DNA of 64,000 bases from Azolla caroliniana (taxonomy: Eukaryota; Plantae; Polypodiophyta), in the NCBI GenBank assembly GCA_043228905.1, contig JBHGNT010000009.1, positions 13,578,001-13,642,000 of the forward strand, in the 5' to 3' direction. This document shows positions 9,420 through 21,851 of the stretch, in pieces. The notes beneath the pieces were generated by a model, which saw only the letters and a program-made list of their open reading frames with translations, was not told the DNA's origin and did no database searches. Position numbers and translations under genes: made by a program. The stretch's first letter is position 1; each line of letters starts with the position of its first letter.

Positions 9420-12400
9420 CCTTCGGGGGTACGGATCACTTCGATCCCGAGGAAGTAATCAAGGTCCCCTAGATCCTTCATGTCGAACGATGCCGCAAGT
9501 TGGAGCTTCACGCGGTCGATTTCACCTAGGTCGGCGCCGGTGATGACCAAGTCATCAACATATAGTAAAATACTAACCAGTCCGAGTTGACCTTTCCGGA
9601 TGAATAGGGAAGAGTCCGATTTTGACGTGACGAAGCCCATCCGACGTAGTTGTTGCGTGATCTTCGCGTTCCAGGCACGCGGGGCTTGCTTCAGTCCATA
9701 AAGGGACTTCTTCAGTCGGCATACTGCCGAGGAGTTCGTTCCAAAGTGAAATCTGGGGGGTTGTACCATGTACACCTGTTCCTCAAGGTCACCTTGCAGG
9801 AACACATTCTTTACATCCATCTGATGTGAGTGCCACCCCTTCACCGCAGGTACTGGGAGCAAAACACGGACGGTCGTCATTTTCATGACCGGCGCAAACG
9901 TCTCATCGTAGTCAATGCCGTGTTTCTGCGTGTAGCCCTTTGCCACTAGCCGAGCCTTGTACCGGTTGACCGAGCCATCGGTGTTGTGCTTGACCTTGTA
10001 CACCCACCTACACCCGATCGGTTTTACCCCTTTTGGTGCGTCAACCAGGTCCCAGGTCTCGTTCTCCGCCAATGCGTGCATCTCTTCCTCCATCGCGGCA
10101 CGCCAATTCGCGTCTTTAGCCGCTTCTGCGTAGCTCTCTGGCTCACGCACTTCCATTACACGGGTCATGTACGCATAATGATGCGCCATGTACTCGTTGT
10201 ATTCGAACCGCAAAACAGGATTCTTCTGGCGGGTAGATCGGCGTAATCTTACATTAGCGGATGTCGAGGCCTTCTCGGTCGACGCGTTCTTCACCTTTAA
10301 AGACCCGTCACCGGTTCCCTCGGAGTCGGACTCGCGTCGGTCTGACTCGTTCCTATCTGTGCCGGAATCCAACACCTTCTTCTTCCCTTTCTCTTTGCGT
10401 GTAAGCCGTCTCCTCGGCTTCCTGTGCGGGGAATGCACGTCCGAGTCTCCACTACTCGCCGGCTCTTCATCGGACTGGTCGTACCGACTCAGTCATCCAA
10501 TCGGTCCACTTAAATGGAGTGAAATCGGACTCTCTTCACGGGTCTCGATTTCGGGCTCATCCGGAGGCATCTTGGCCTCGCTGACATAATCGTCAGAGCT
10601 CAGATTGGAGTCGGGGGCTGGTACTAGGACGCGGACTCGTCAAACACAACGTCGCGGCTAACACGCGCTTGTTTGGTGCGAGGGTTATAGCACTTATAAC
10701 CCTTCTGCTCGTCCGAGTAACCGACCAAGATGCACTTCTCAGCCTTTGCATCCAGCTTCCTCCTTTTCTCCTTCGGTACATGCACATACGCAATGCTACC
10801 AAACACCCTCAAGTGTCGCAAGTTCGGCTTCGTTCCGAAATACAGCTCGTGCGCCGACACTTTGTCTCCGATCCGGTTCTGGATGTATACCGCGGTCCTT
10901 ACCGCCTCGGCCCAGTAGAACTTGGGCAAGCTCTTCTCCTCCAACATTGCCCGTGCCGCTTCCACAACTGACCAATTCTTCCTCTCGGCCATGCCATTCT
11001 GCTCCGGCATGTATCTACAACTGAATTCGTGCCGAATTCCCATTTGTTGTAGATAACCGTTGAATTGACCAGAAAAGTACTCTTTCCTGCCATCCGACCG
11101 TAGGCACTTGATCTTTCGTCCTGTTTCCGTTTCCACGAACCCTTTGAGGTCCCAGAAATAGTCGAAGACTTCGCTCTTCCTCTCAATGAGGTAGATCCAC
11201 GTGTGCCGCGTGTAGTCGTCGATGAAGGAGACGAAATATCGGCTCCCGCCAAGACTAACGTTTTGTGTCGGCCCCCATACATCGAAGTGTATAAGGTCGA
11301 GCTTATTCCGGCTCCGGTTTTGCTCGTTGGGGAAAGGAAGTCGGTGTTGCTTCCCGAGTTGGCAGGCTTCACAAATTTGTGCCTTTCGGCCACTAAATTT
11401 GGGCAATCCGAACACTACCTGTTTCGATTGCAGATCTTGAAGACGCTGGTAGTTGACATGGCCTATCCGCTTGTGCCACAAGTCGATGTCCGACTCGGTT
11501 TTTCTTCTCTTCGCGAACATTGCGGTGCCGCCGTCAGTGGAGTCGAGGATGAACATCCTCCCGTCTCTGCGCCCTTGCGCAATCACACGGCCTTCTTCCT
11601 CAATGAAGCACCCGAGGTGGGTAAACCGAACCTCCATCCCTTCATCGACGATCTGTCCGACCGAGACCAAGTTCTTCGTGATTGTCGGAACGTGCAGCAC
11701 GTTCATGAGTTTCCCTTTCTGCCCGACATGACTAAGGGGAACTTCTCCGACATTCGCGATCGGATGCGGAGTGTCGTCTCCAGTTGCGACTACTCCAGGT
11801 TGTATCGGTTTTTCAAGGTACGAGAACCACTCCTTATGGCTCGTCATGTGGTTTGACGCGCCGGAGTCTACGTACCACACCTCATCCGATCTTGGGGTGA
11901 TCCGTTTCATTGACTTTGCTTCATGTCTCGTCACGAAGGCAGACCCTTCTCTGGCTCTCCCGGAGTCTTCGGCGTAGTGTGATCGCTGCCGATTTCCCTT
12001 GTCAGTATGTCCGGAGCCGTTTCCGGAACCGGTTCTCTCCGAATCGGCGCGCTTCTTCAAGCACTCACTTTCCCTGTGGCCTTTCTTGCCACAGTACCAG
12101 CACTCCGCGATGGCTTTCCCTTGCCGGTTCTCATCGCTTCGACTCCCCCTGTTTCCGGAGGGTCCAGAGTTGCTGTCGGCATCACTTTGGTGCCTTCTTC
12201 CTTGATCTCGTCGGCCGCCTCCATTGCGCGCTGAGTCGCCTCGTCCTCCACGTCCACGGGGCCTATCTCCCTCCGTGTACAACATTCTACTGTCGGTGTG
12301 CGTGCTTGTAGACGCACCCACGTGGTTCTCCTCTACCAGGAGCATTGACTGTAAGTCGAAAAAGGACAGCGTTTTCTCCCGGGTACACACAGCCGTCCAG

Positions 12401-12888
12401 AATGCTCCGAACTTCGACGCCAAACCTCCGAGAGAGATCTGGACCATCTCGCTCTCCTCAATGTTCACCTCTACGGAGGCGAGGGAGTCGCAGATATCCT
12501 TGATCTTCGAGGTATAGTCCGCCACCGACAAGTCGCGTTGTCGTAGGTTGCTCAACTCCTGTCAGAGCTGAAGCTTCCTGGCTGTGGTGCTCGCGGCGAA
12601 GATCTTCTTCAGATTTTCCCACGCACCCTTCGGCGTCTTTGCATCCCAAACATAGCTCAATAGCTATTCGCCCACACACGATGCGAAGCAGTATAATACC
12701 TTGCTCGCCGATTGCTCCCACGACGGGAAGTCTCTGTGTGTCGATTTGGGTGCCGCGTCATTAGCTCCTTCGACATAACTCCAGTAGCCATGCCCGAGCA
12801 GGTACTGGTGCATCTTGTAAGACCAAGACGCGTAGTTCGTTCTATCGAGCTTCTCTGTTGGAAGCGAGCTCGCCATGCCTCTATCCAT
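9420..12888 (-). pseudogene. pol: Copia A gag-pol (Gag, PR WYVDSGA, GAG-pre-integrase, integrase, RT)
   Basis: EKLDRTNYASWSYKM Gag start; CWYCGKKGHRESEC; WHKRIGH; IDDYTRHTW; RYKARLVAKG; YVDD. Broken by stops and frameshifts. Confidence 0.88.
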
Positions 12889-12960
12889 CGTTCTTCTTGT
12901 TCTTCTTCGTCAAGGTGTGTCGGATGCAGAGAGGTCCTCAACCCTCACACTCTGATACGA

Positions 12961-13341
12961 TGTAAGAAGTAACGTGCGGAAGCAAGTATGAAGACGGAAC
13001 AGAAGGAAGAAAACTCAGGTTTACCCAGTATACGCGGGAGAGACAGAGAGAGTGAGAGAAAACACAAGAACTATATTCAACAAAAGATCTCGATTCACTA
13101 CACTACACATATGTGTGTTCCATGAACACTTTTATACAAGTCCTCGAAGGACTGACTGAAGTACTGACCGTACTTCAATGCTCTTTAAGAGCTCCTACAC
13201 TAACTCCCAAATATATTCCTCACGGAATATCTTTCCTAACGGCCTCCCGGTTTACGCACTCCGTCTAACCGATCGGTCCCAACCGATCCGGTCCTCGGCT
13301 TCTTCAGCCGATCCGGCCGATGTTGAGCTTGTCTCTCAACA
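12961..13341 (-). repeat. 5' LTR of Copia A
   Basis: TG..CA bounded and next to the PBS; similar to the LTR at 13874-14308. Confidence 0.85.
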
Positions 13342-14308
13342 ATCTTCCTCGATGGTCAAGTGTATGGAGGGAAGTGAGTTGCAGGTGTCCTTGATCAGGG
13401 ATGTGTAGTCGGCCATCGACATGACCTTCTATTGGACATTGCTAAACTCTTGTCGGAGTTGCAGCTTCCGGACTGTGATGCTTGTGGCGAAGAATTTTTT
13501 CAGGTTTACCCAAGCTTCCTTTGGTGTTTTGGCGTCCTAGATATGGCTGAGCAGTATGTCACCGACAGTGGATGCGAAGTAGTACATTGCCTCTCTTGCC
13601 ATTTATTCCCAAGCCGGGAAGTCCTTGTGTGCCGCATGAAGTGGTGTATCGTTAGCTCTGTCAACATAACTCCAGTAGCCATGCCCGAGCAGGTACTGGT
13701 GCATCTTGTATGACCAAGATGCATAGTTGGATCTGTCGAGATTCTCCATCGAGAGCGAGCTAGCCATTCCTTCCGTCCATTCTTTCCTCCATGTTCTTTA
13801 CCAAGTGTTAGGGTTTGTGTGTAGAGCTCGCTTGTGGGCAACAAAGGTTCTCAACCCTCGCACTCTGATACCATGTAAACAATTCTGTGTGGAAGCAAAG
13901 ACAAAACCAGCTAAGTCCGGATAACAACAAAACACAGAAAGGAGGTTTAATGGAAAACTTGAATACACAGACGAGACAGAGACAGAGGAAAACAACATAA
14001 ACTCAATTCAAAATAACACTTCATACATACAAATGTAGTACAAAACAGTTTTTGTACAAGTCCTTAAAATGCTCATACGAGCGACTAACACGAGCTCTAA
14101 GGAATATTCCTTCGTACTAGGCTCAGACCAAAGGTCTCCAACGGCCTACCAGTCCTCACTATTCCGGAGTATGATCCCGTTCTCCGGTCCAACTCTAGGT
14201 TCCGGATACCGATCGATCCGGACACTGATCCAGTTCTTCATTCCGGACTCTGATCTGGCTCTAGCTTATCCAGTTGATCCGGATCCGGTTGAGCTTGCCT
14301 GCTCAATA
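13342..14308 (-). mobile_element. Copia B 5' fragment (same lineage as A; host of A): gag start, Met PBS at 13863-13873, LTR 13874-14308
   Basis: TGGTATCAGAG PBS; gag homologous to A (KMHQYLLGHGYWSY); LTR begins with the same hairpin as A. Confidence 0.85.
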
Positions 14309-14850
14309 GTTCGGATAGCCTTCAATGTCCGACCCGACCGTCTTTCAGATCTTGCTTGGAACTCCTTAAAGAATGATAGTACTTGGTCCTTCAACTTTAG
14401 TACAAAAGCCCACAACTTCCGACTATGGTCATCAATGAACATCACGAAGTACTGTCCACCTCGATGCTATAGAGCATCGACATAGCACACATCCGTGTGT
14501 ACTAGTTTGAGTGGCACTTCTCTTCTTCTCGATGGTCTTGTGTGGAATGTTGTCCTATTCTACTTTCAGACTAAGTAGTCCATAGACTTCTGCAAGTGCA
14601 TTCACTTCTGGGTGATGTTCCTGGTTGGCCAGGCTGTACATTCCCTTTTCACTCATGTGGCTCAACCGCTTATGCCATAACTCTCCACTCGAGTTTGCTG
14701 CCACATTTGCTTCCGAATTGCACATTCAGGCATACACAATGTGCCCTCTTTATGTGCTCGAGCCACTATGAGATTTCCCCAACAAAACTTCCACTTGTTG
14801 TTTCGAAAGTTACCATTGTAGCCTTTGTCATCTAGCCTTCCAAGGGAGAC
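14309..14850 (-). pseudogene. Copia C integrase / GAG-pre-integrase fragment
   Basis: Minus strand shows degenerate LVHTDVC, YFVMFIDDHSRKLW and LGRLDD motifs homologous to Copia D-G. Confidence 0.7.
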
Positions 14851-15651
14851 GAGAATACAACACTCTTTGTGTAGACTATATCAGCCACCCAGGGCTCTTG
14901 GAATCAAACCTCACTCAGCTATGGCACTGCTCTCTCTCGCTCTCACTCTCTCTCTCTCTGCACAACACTTCACTATGTTCTACTACGTTGTTCTACGTTT
15001 TCCCTAAGTGTATTTACAAATGTATCCTCTACTAATTTCAATCTTATTATGATATGAATAATAATAGAAGTTGATTGGCCGACTCCTATGTTGACTATCT
15101 AGTTCGCCCGACTAGTCAGCCTTGTCGTCAACCATCTGGTCGGCCCGAGTAGTCGATCGTGTCTTTGACTTGGATCATTTATATAAGCAACTCTCCTAGT
15201 AGACTCTCAATGTCGACTCTCAATGTCCATGTCTTCCTCCCACAATAGGGACATATACCTAATACAATATACTCTATGGACTCTGTACATACAAATGTGC
15301 TTTAGAACACTTTTTATACAAGTCCTTAAAAGGACAGACAAAAGTATTGACAAGTACTTCAATTCTCGTACCGAGCTACTTGTTGAGAATAGCGCAGAAT
15401 ATTGCTCGGCCACAACTGAGTTTTGAATCACTTGAATGAGAATGAAACACAGAAATGGGAAGTAGAGAGTGAACGCACGTACACACACGAACAATAGAGC
15501 GTACTCAGAATTTTTACGTGGAAAACCCTAATAGGGAAAAACCACGGGGGCCCACAGACTCCAAACTATCACTATATGAAAAAGGTACAATCAGAGACTC
15601 GAAGGCAACAACCTCGAGCTCTGTATCTTCGCTAACCGACAGTGACAACAG

Positions 15652-16590
15652 AGTATAATTCTGTATCTCCTCTCTCTCTATACAACAGTTATATCAACAA
15701 CAATATGACAACAACCACACAAAGTGATTGCCCTAAGTCATATTTATACTTATATGAACTTAGGGCTATTTACAAATATAGCCTCAGTAGGCTTACTCAA
15801 AACATATTTACAAATATGTCTTGTCTTCCAGTTCTCACCAGGTCCACCCAATCCGGTTTCCGGATCTCTTCCGATTCTCACCAAGTCCTCTTTATTCATA
15901 ACCGGATCCCATTCGGAGGGACCGGCTTTCCAACAATCTCCCCCTTCACTCTGGCATGGGATGTCTCGTCAGCCCGAAGTATAACTCTGTATCTCCTCTC
16001 TCTTTATACAACAGTTATATCAACAACAATATGACCACAACCACACAAAGTGATTGCCCTAAGTCATATTTATACTTATATGAACTTAGGGTTATTTACA
16101 AATATAGCCTCAATAGACTTACTCAAAACATATTTACAAATATATCTTCTCTTCCGGTTCTCACCGGGTCCACCCAATCCGGTTTCCGAATCTCTTCCGA
16201 TTCTCACGAGGTCCTCTTTATTCATAACCGGATCCCATCTGGAGGGACCGGCTTTCCAACAATCTCCCCCTTCACTCCGGCATGGGATGTCTCGTCAGCC
16301 CGATCCGCTTTTGGCACGCATCCAACTTTTTGGTTGTCAACACCTTGGTCAGCATACCCAACCCGTTCTCCTCCGTGTGGATCTTTGTCACCACGAACTC
16401 TTGATCTTCATTCCATCCGGAGGGATCGGCTTTCCAACAATCTCCCCCTTCACTCCGGCATGGGATGTCTCGTCAGCCCGATCCACTTTTGGCATGCATC
16501 CAGCTTTTCGGTTGTCAACACCTTGGTTAGCATACCATACCCAACCCGTTCTCCTCCGTGTGGATCTTCGTCACCACAAACTCTTGATCT
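15652..16590. repeat. Tandem duplications (~326 bp and ~178 bp) of the PPT/U3 junction of Copia D
   Basis: CTTTCCAACAATCTCCCCCTTCACT occurs three times, with the LTR boundary at 15935, 16261 and 16439. Confidence 0.85.
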
Positions 16591-18094
16591 TCTAGTCTCT
16601 CCTTGATCCAATGGTACCTACATTGGATATGTTTCGTCCGGGAATGGTAGGCCGCATTCTTTGCAAGGTGGATGGCACTTTGACTGTCACAGTAGAGCCG
16701 GTATTCCTCCTGTTGGATCCCTAGCTCTACGATGAACTCCTTCATCCAGATTATCTCCTTGCCGACTTCCACAATTGCCATGTACTCCGCCTCCGTGGTT
16801 GACAATGCAACCATCTTCTACAGCCTTGACTGCCACGAAATAGCTCCCCCTACATAAGTCATGACATATTTGGATGTAGACTGACTGGTATCCGCATCAA
16901 CCGACATGTTCGAATCGGTGAAGCCTTCCAAGAGGGGTTTACTGGAGCCAAATCGGAGGCACATACTGGAGGTGCCTTTCAAATACCGAAGTACCCACTT
17001 TACTGCATTCCAATGCTCTCTTCTGAGATTGCTCATGAACCGACTCACCACTCCGACTGCGTATCCGATATTTGGCCGGGTACATACCATCGCGTACATC
17101 AAGATTCCGACGGCAGAGGCATATGGAATCTTCATCATATCCGTCTTCTCCACCTTTGTCCTCGGGCTTTCTTTTCCAGATAGCTTGTAGTTTGCCGGAA
17201 GTGTTGATCCGACTAGTTTTTCCTGCGACATGTTCAACCGTTGAAGCACCTTTGTCAGATACTTCTCTTGTGACAACCACAACAACTTCTTCGACCGGTT
17301 CCAGATGATGTGCATTCCCAATATTTGTCTTGTCGGACCCAACTCTTTGATTGAGAAGGTCCAGTTCAGAGCCTTCTTTAGCATTCGTATCTTAACTTGG
17401 TCTCGTCCGACGATCAACATATCATCCACATAAAGGAGGAGTATCAAGAATCTCCTCCGTCAAATTTCTTCATAAACACGTAGTGATCGGCTTGTGTTTT
17501 GTGGTACCCTTGGTCAGTCATGAAGGAGTCGAACTTCCGGTACCATTGCTAGGGAGCTTGCTTCAGTCTGTATAAGCTCTTCTTCAACTGGCACACCATG
17601 TGCTCCTTCCATTTCTTCTCAAATCCTTCCGGTTGATGCATGTAGATCTCTTCTTCGAGGTCGCCATGTAGGAATGTCGTCTTGATGTCTAGTTGCTGTA
17701 CCTCGAGGTCCATGCTTGCCGCTATGCCCAATACCGTCCGGATGGATGTAAGGATCGTGCATAAATGGAAGGATAAGGAATATTTTGATTGGTTTTAGTA
17801 CTTTTTCAATGATTTTACAAAACACCTTGATACCAGTATTATACATGTTCAAATATACTATGAAAAACGTTAAAAATCCACTATTTTCGTGATTTAGAAA
17901 TAAATAAAAAAAGAGGAATTTCAAAAAGTTACATTCTCAATTTATATCACAAACTTTACAACCAATGTTATTTTATAAGAAATGATTTTTTAGAAATCAT
18001 AAGGATTCAAAACACATGCTTTTATATTACTCGATTTGTTACAAGCGGAATGTAGTTACACTTAATAGCCAAAAATACATTCATGATCACTCTT

Positions 18095-20881
18095 TTACGG
18101 AGAATCACTACTATAGCTAATATATAATGACGATTCCTCCTCATCATCCTCGGATGTACCAATCAATGCATTATCTTTGTCATAAACCAAATGGTTTGAC
18201 TCTAGATTATATGTACCAGATCTCGTTTGCCTTCGACTCGAGCCACCCTGTAGACCTGGAAATTTTTCTTTTATTATATCTATTGTTGACTTCCTCAATC
18301 GTCCAACTTTTGTAAGCGTGAAGTCGTACACAATGATATCCACATCAGAGATATCAAGGCTCAAGGTGTTACGAATGTTTCACTTCCTCTTCCTATGTCC
18401 CCTTGTCATTGGGCATTCAATCATCTCCAATGTATACTTACCCGTAAAAGCATTTGCACTTCTAGTGTTGTACCAATGAACGTTTACAGACTTGATCGTG
18501 TTTTCTATTTCATGCATTAGCACTTCTAGAATTTTACCAACCCAAAATTGGTGGCCATGTGAGTTCTCATCACCAGGCGTTGCAATCAACATCCCCGCCG
18601 CGAGCTCTTGCAAATTGCCTTGCCATCTAGCTTCGGTTGCTTTGGTCATCCTTGGTCCCACATAAATGTCTCTTTGTTGTGGATGGACCAAACTGTCATT
18701 AATCACATTTGCTGGTTGCTCCGGAGTTTTATTTACACGATCATGTTGTCGCAACCATGTGAATGGCATTTCCAAATTCCAATTATCACCAAATACACAA
18801 TTGTCTATAATTCCTTTCTGATCACTAAATAATACATCCCACCATGACGTGTCTTGTTGTGCGGCATATTTCTTTGCGGCCTCCGCATGCTTTCTTTTTT
18901 CTTCTAAGGCTTGGAGCCGTAATTGTTTTGGTTTCGATACCAAGTCACTATGCAAATGTGCTTTCTTCTCAATTGGCATTTGTGTAGCTCCATGGACAAT
19001 TGTACTCGGCATACATAGTAATAACTGGCAACCACCTTCAGGTTCCCATGTTGTAAAAGATGAATATTGTTTAGCATACAAAAGCGTAGAACCACTTATT
19101 TCATTTTTCTTTATCATAAAAATGTGATTGAAGCTTATATTGTTTAACTAGGCCAACACTTTAACATTCCCAACACCCCCATCTGATATATATCTCTTAA
19201 AGTCATATACCTCCTTCAAGTGTAACACTTTTGAGCATGGTGTATATGCATCACAAATGACATCAAATAGTTTTGGTAATGTGAAAGCATCATGCCGAGA
19301 CAATTGTTGGGAGAATGTGCCAAACATCTTATTTATATGATCATGTGTGTGGCCAACCAAAAGAAATTTGACTTTCACTTTTCTAAACAATCATTGGTTG
19401 ACCAACATACTTAGATAGCCAAACACAGTTGAATTTTTGTTCTCTCTAGTAGTATTGTCCAATTGAATGTATAGAACAGGGGGGAATGGTTGGCCCCAAG
19501 ACATCAAAACTTGGTGAATCACTGTAACTGTTAGGTTAGGGTCATTGTGATCATTGGGGTATGTAATGAAGACGTGAGGTCCAACAGACCTATTAAAAGC
19601 CAAACATCCCACCAAGTTCATTTGAACAAGGCACTCATCATTGATGTCTTTGGGGAGCCTCCGTATATGCGGCAAGCATGTCTTCTTCTGGTCCATGCCA
19701 TCTATCATTAAGCTCATGTATTGTTTGGGCCTCTTCAAACACTTCTCTCTATGATGCATCGCCTTCTTTCGTTCTAACGATTGTGCCTCACGATGCTCCT
19801 GTAGTAACTTCTTACTCATATCCTTTTCCATTGATGTCTTTGCACCTTTAGCCAAACTTTTAAGATTTGCACAAATGGAGCAATACCCCATGCGTACTTT
19901 ACGTGGAATGATAACATTTGAAAACCAAGGTCTCCATAATCTTGTGAATTGGCTATATGTGACAGATTTATTACTTGAGCCCACCATATCTGATCGATAG
20001 ACATCATAAAATTCCCGACGTGTGTAATTATCAGAGAGGTGCATCCTACCTGTAGTGGGCATTACTTCACAATTTAACTGAAAGTAACTTTTCATCCAAC
20101 CAATAACATGTCTTCCAATTGCACCTTTCATACTTGGAACCTCTTTACAATTGAGCATCTGATCCCCGCGAAGTGGACGTTGTTGTACTCTATGTAGCCG
20201 CATGTTACTCACACATAACGCAATTTTGAAGGCAACTCTACAGATCTGTTGCGCATGGAAGATATAATACTCGAATGATACTTTGATCCCTGTACATTTG
20301 TTAGACACTAGTTGCATATGTGACCCAAGGTAAGTGTCTTGCTCATCAACAGTCATCGAAAAATAGTATCGCCTTAATTCTCGCAACTTTCATTTTCCAA
20401 TCATAGACATACAACCACGGGCACAACATATTTTGTTGACATCAAATCCAATCTGCTTATCTGATGTCACCAAGTTAAATTTGGCTAGACGAATTCTATG
20501 TGGGATTCTTTTAATATGCATAGGGCTTCCAGATTTCTCTTCCTGCATAGAAGTTGGGGTAACCTTGTTACAATCCAATTCTTTGTTGACACCATCGCCC
20601 ATGATATTCGATGTTTCATTGGCACTACCTTCATTCTCCGTATCTTTATTAATATCGTATTCTTTAATAGAGAACTCTTCACATGTGTCATTATTCACAT
20701 GTGTTTTAGGTGAAGATGAGCTCAGACAATACTCTTCGATAGAAATGGGTGAGTCTAATGATAGACAATATTCTTTGATAGAAAATGGTGAGTATGTCGA
20801 CAGACAATACTCTTCGGTAGAAAACGAAGAGTCTGATGACAAACAATATTCTTCAATCGAGAATGGTGAGTCTTCACTCAT
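18095..20881 (-). pseudogene. Sola/DUF7869-like DDD transposase (~928 codons, one frame, four premature stops)
   Basis: ORFs 20390-20881, 19391-20386, 19148-19390, 18380-19117 and 18095-18364 are all in the same frame. Motifs: CCARGC, YCSIC, MIDGMDQ, LYIQLDNTTRENKN, FLLVGHTHDHIN. Confidence 0.8.
20720..20872 (-). repeat. 39-bp (13-aa, SPFSIEEYCLSxD) tandem repeat, 4 copies, in the transposase N-terminus
   Basis: Visible in the translation of 20390-20881. Confidence 0.8.
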
Positions 20882-21799
20882 GGCTTAAGGTCCACGTAGA
20901 GCTCTTCAAGTTATGTGCTTGGGCTAATATAAAAATGATAAGCTCCTCTCTAAACATAAGCTCCCTCAATATAATGTCTATATTATTTAATATTATTTTA
21001 ATACAATAAAGAAAGATATTATTTCTAATATAATAAATTTATTTAACATATTAATAATTACTTAAAGTAGTTAGTATAAAGTCCATCAATTATATTTTAT
21101 ACCTTATTAATCCTATAATATATAATTTAAATTAAATTTACTTTAGCCATCAAGTATAATATTACTAGATATATATGGAGGCAAAAATATGTAAGTTTAA
21201 TCCCAATCATTAGGGCAATAATAGTCTCCAGGTGTAGGCCTACTTGGTACTCCTAAACATTAAGTATATAGTATACATATATTACATACATATAATTTTT
21301 ATATACATATTGTATATATTTAAAATCATTACCAAGCCATATATATATTGGTTTAAAGTTAAAATCATTGGTTGATTAATGGCACCCATATTTAATATAA
21401 AACTTCTCAATGATTGGTTCATTCATGCCCACCATTTTAAATATAAGCCTTTTCAATCATTGGTTCATTCATGGCCACATCTTTAATAGAAAACATTAGA
21501 GAGTCATAAAAATGTTGCTTTGGGTATTCAATCATTGGTTCATTCATGAACCTCTATCATTGTTTTATTTATGACCTTTAAAGGCAATCAAAAATATAAA
21601 ATAATCATTAATATGTTCATTTTAGTATTTAATCATTGATTCATTCATAAGCATCATTTAATTAAAATCCATTAGAGAGTCATTGGTACATTCAAGGTTA
21701 TGTACTAAATAAAGTGTACTAAGGTCTAAGAAAAAAGTGTCCTAAAGTAAAAGAAACTCTCTCTTAGGTCTAACTAACTAACCTTAAGCTTATCAACCA

Positions 21800-21851
21800 T
21801 GGTTAAAGTAACTGTGGTTACTTTAACCACAATGGTCAATCCCTATAAATA
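21800..21851 (+). promoter_or_regulatory. Putative promoter of the ParB-MTase gene: 13-bp perfect inverted repeat followed by TATAAATA
   Basis: TGGTTAAAGTAAC-TGTG-GTTACTTTAACCA at 21800-21829; TATAAATA at 21844; ATG at 21975. Confidence 0.55.

Larger units (their letters stand above)
4778..13341 (-). mobile_element. Ty1/Copia element A (possibly Bryco-like), interrupted by the element at 5456-9414; 3' end lies beyond the chromovirus
   Basis: 5' LTR 12961-13341 (TG..CA), mutated Met PBS at 12950-12960. Gag/PR/IN ORF 10624-12555, RT 9420-10438, RNase H 4778-5455. RTPEGILISQ is restored across the ATATG TSD. Confidence 0.9.

Noticed and set aside
14851-15380. LTR-like fragments, also at 38146-38537 and 38789-39190
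   Set aside because: They look like LTR remnants, but paired termini and TSDs could not be established, so they are not annotated as separate elements.
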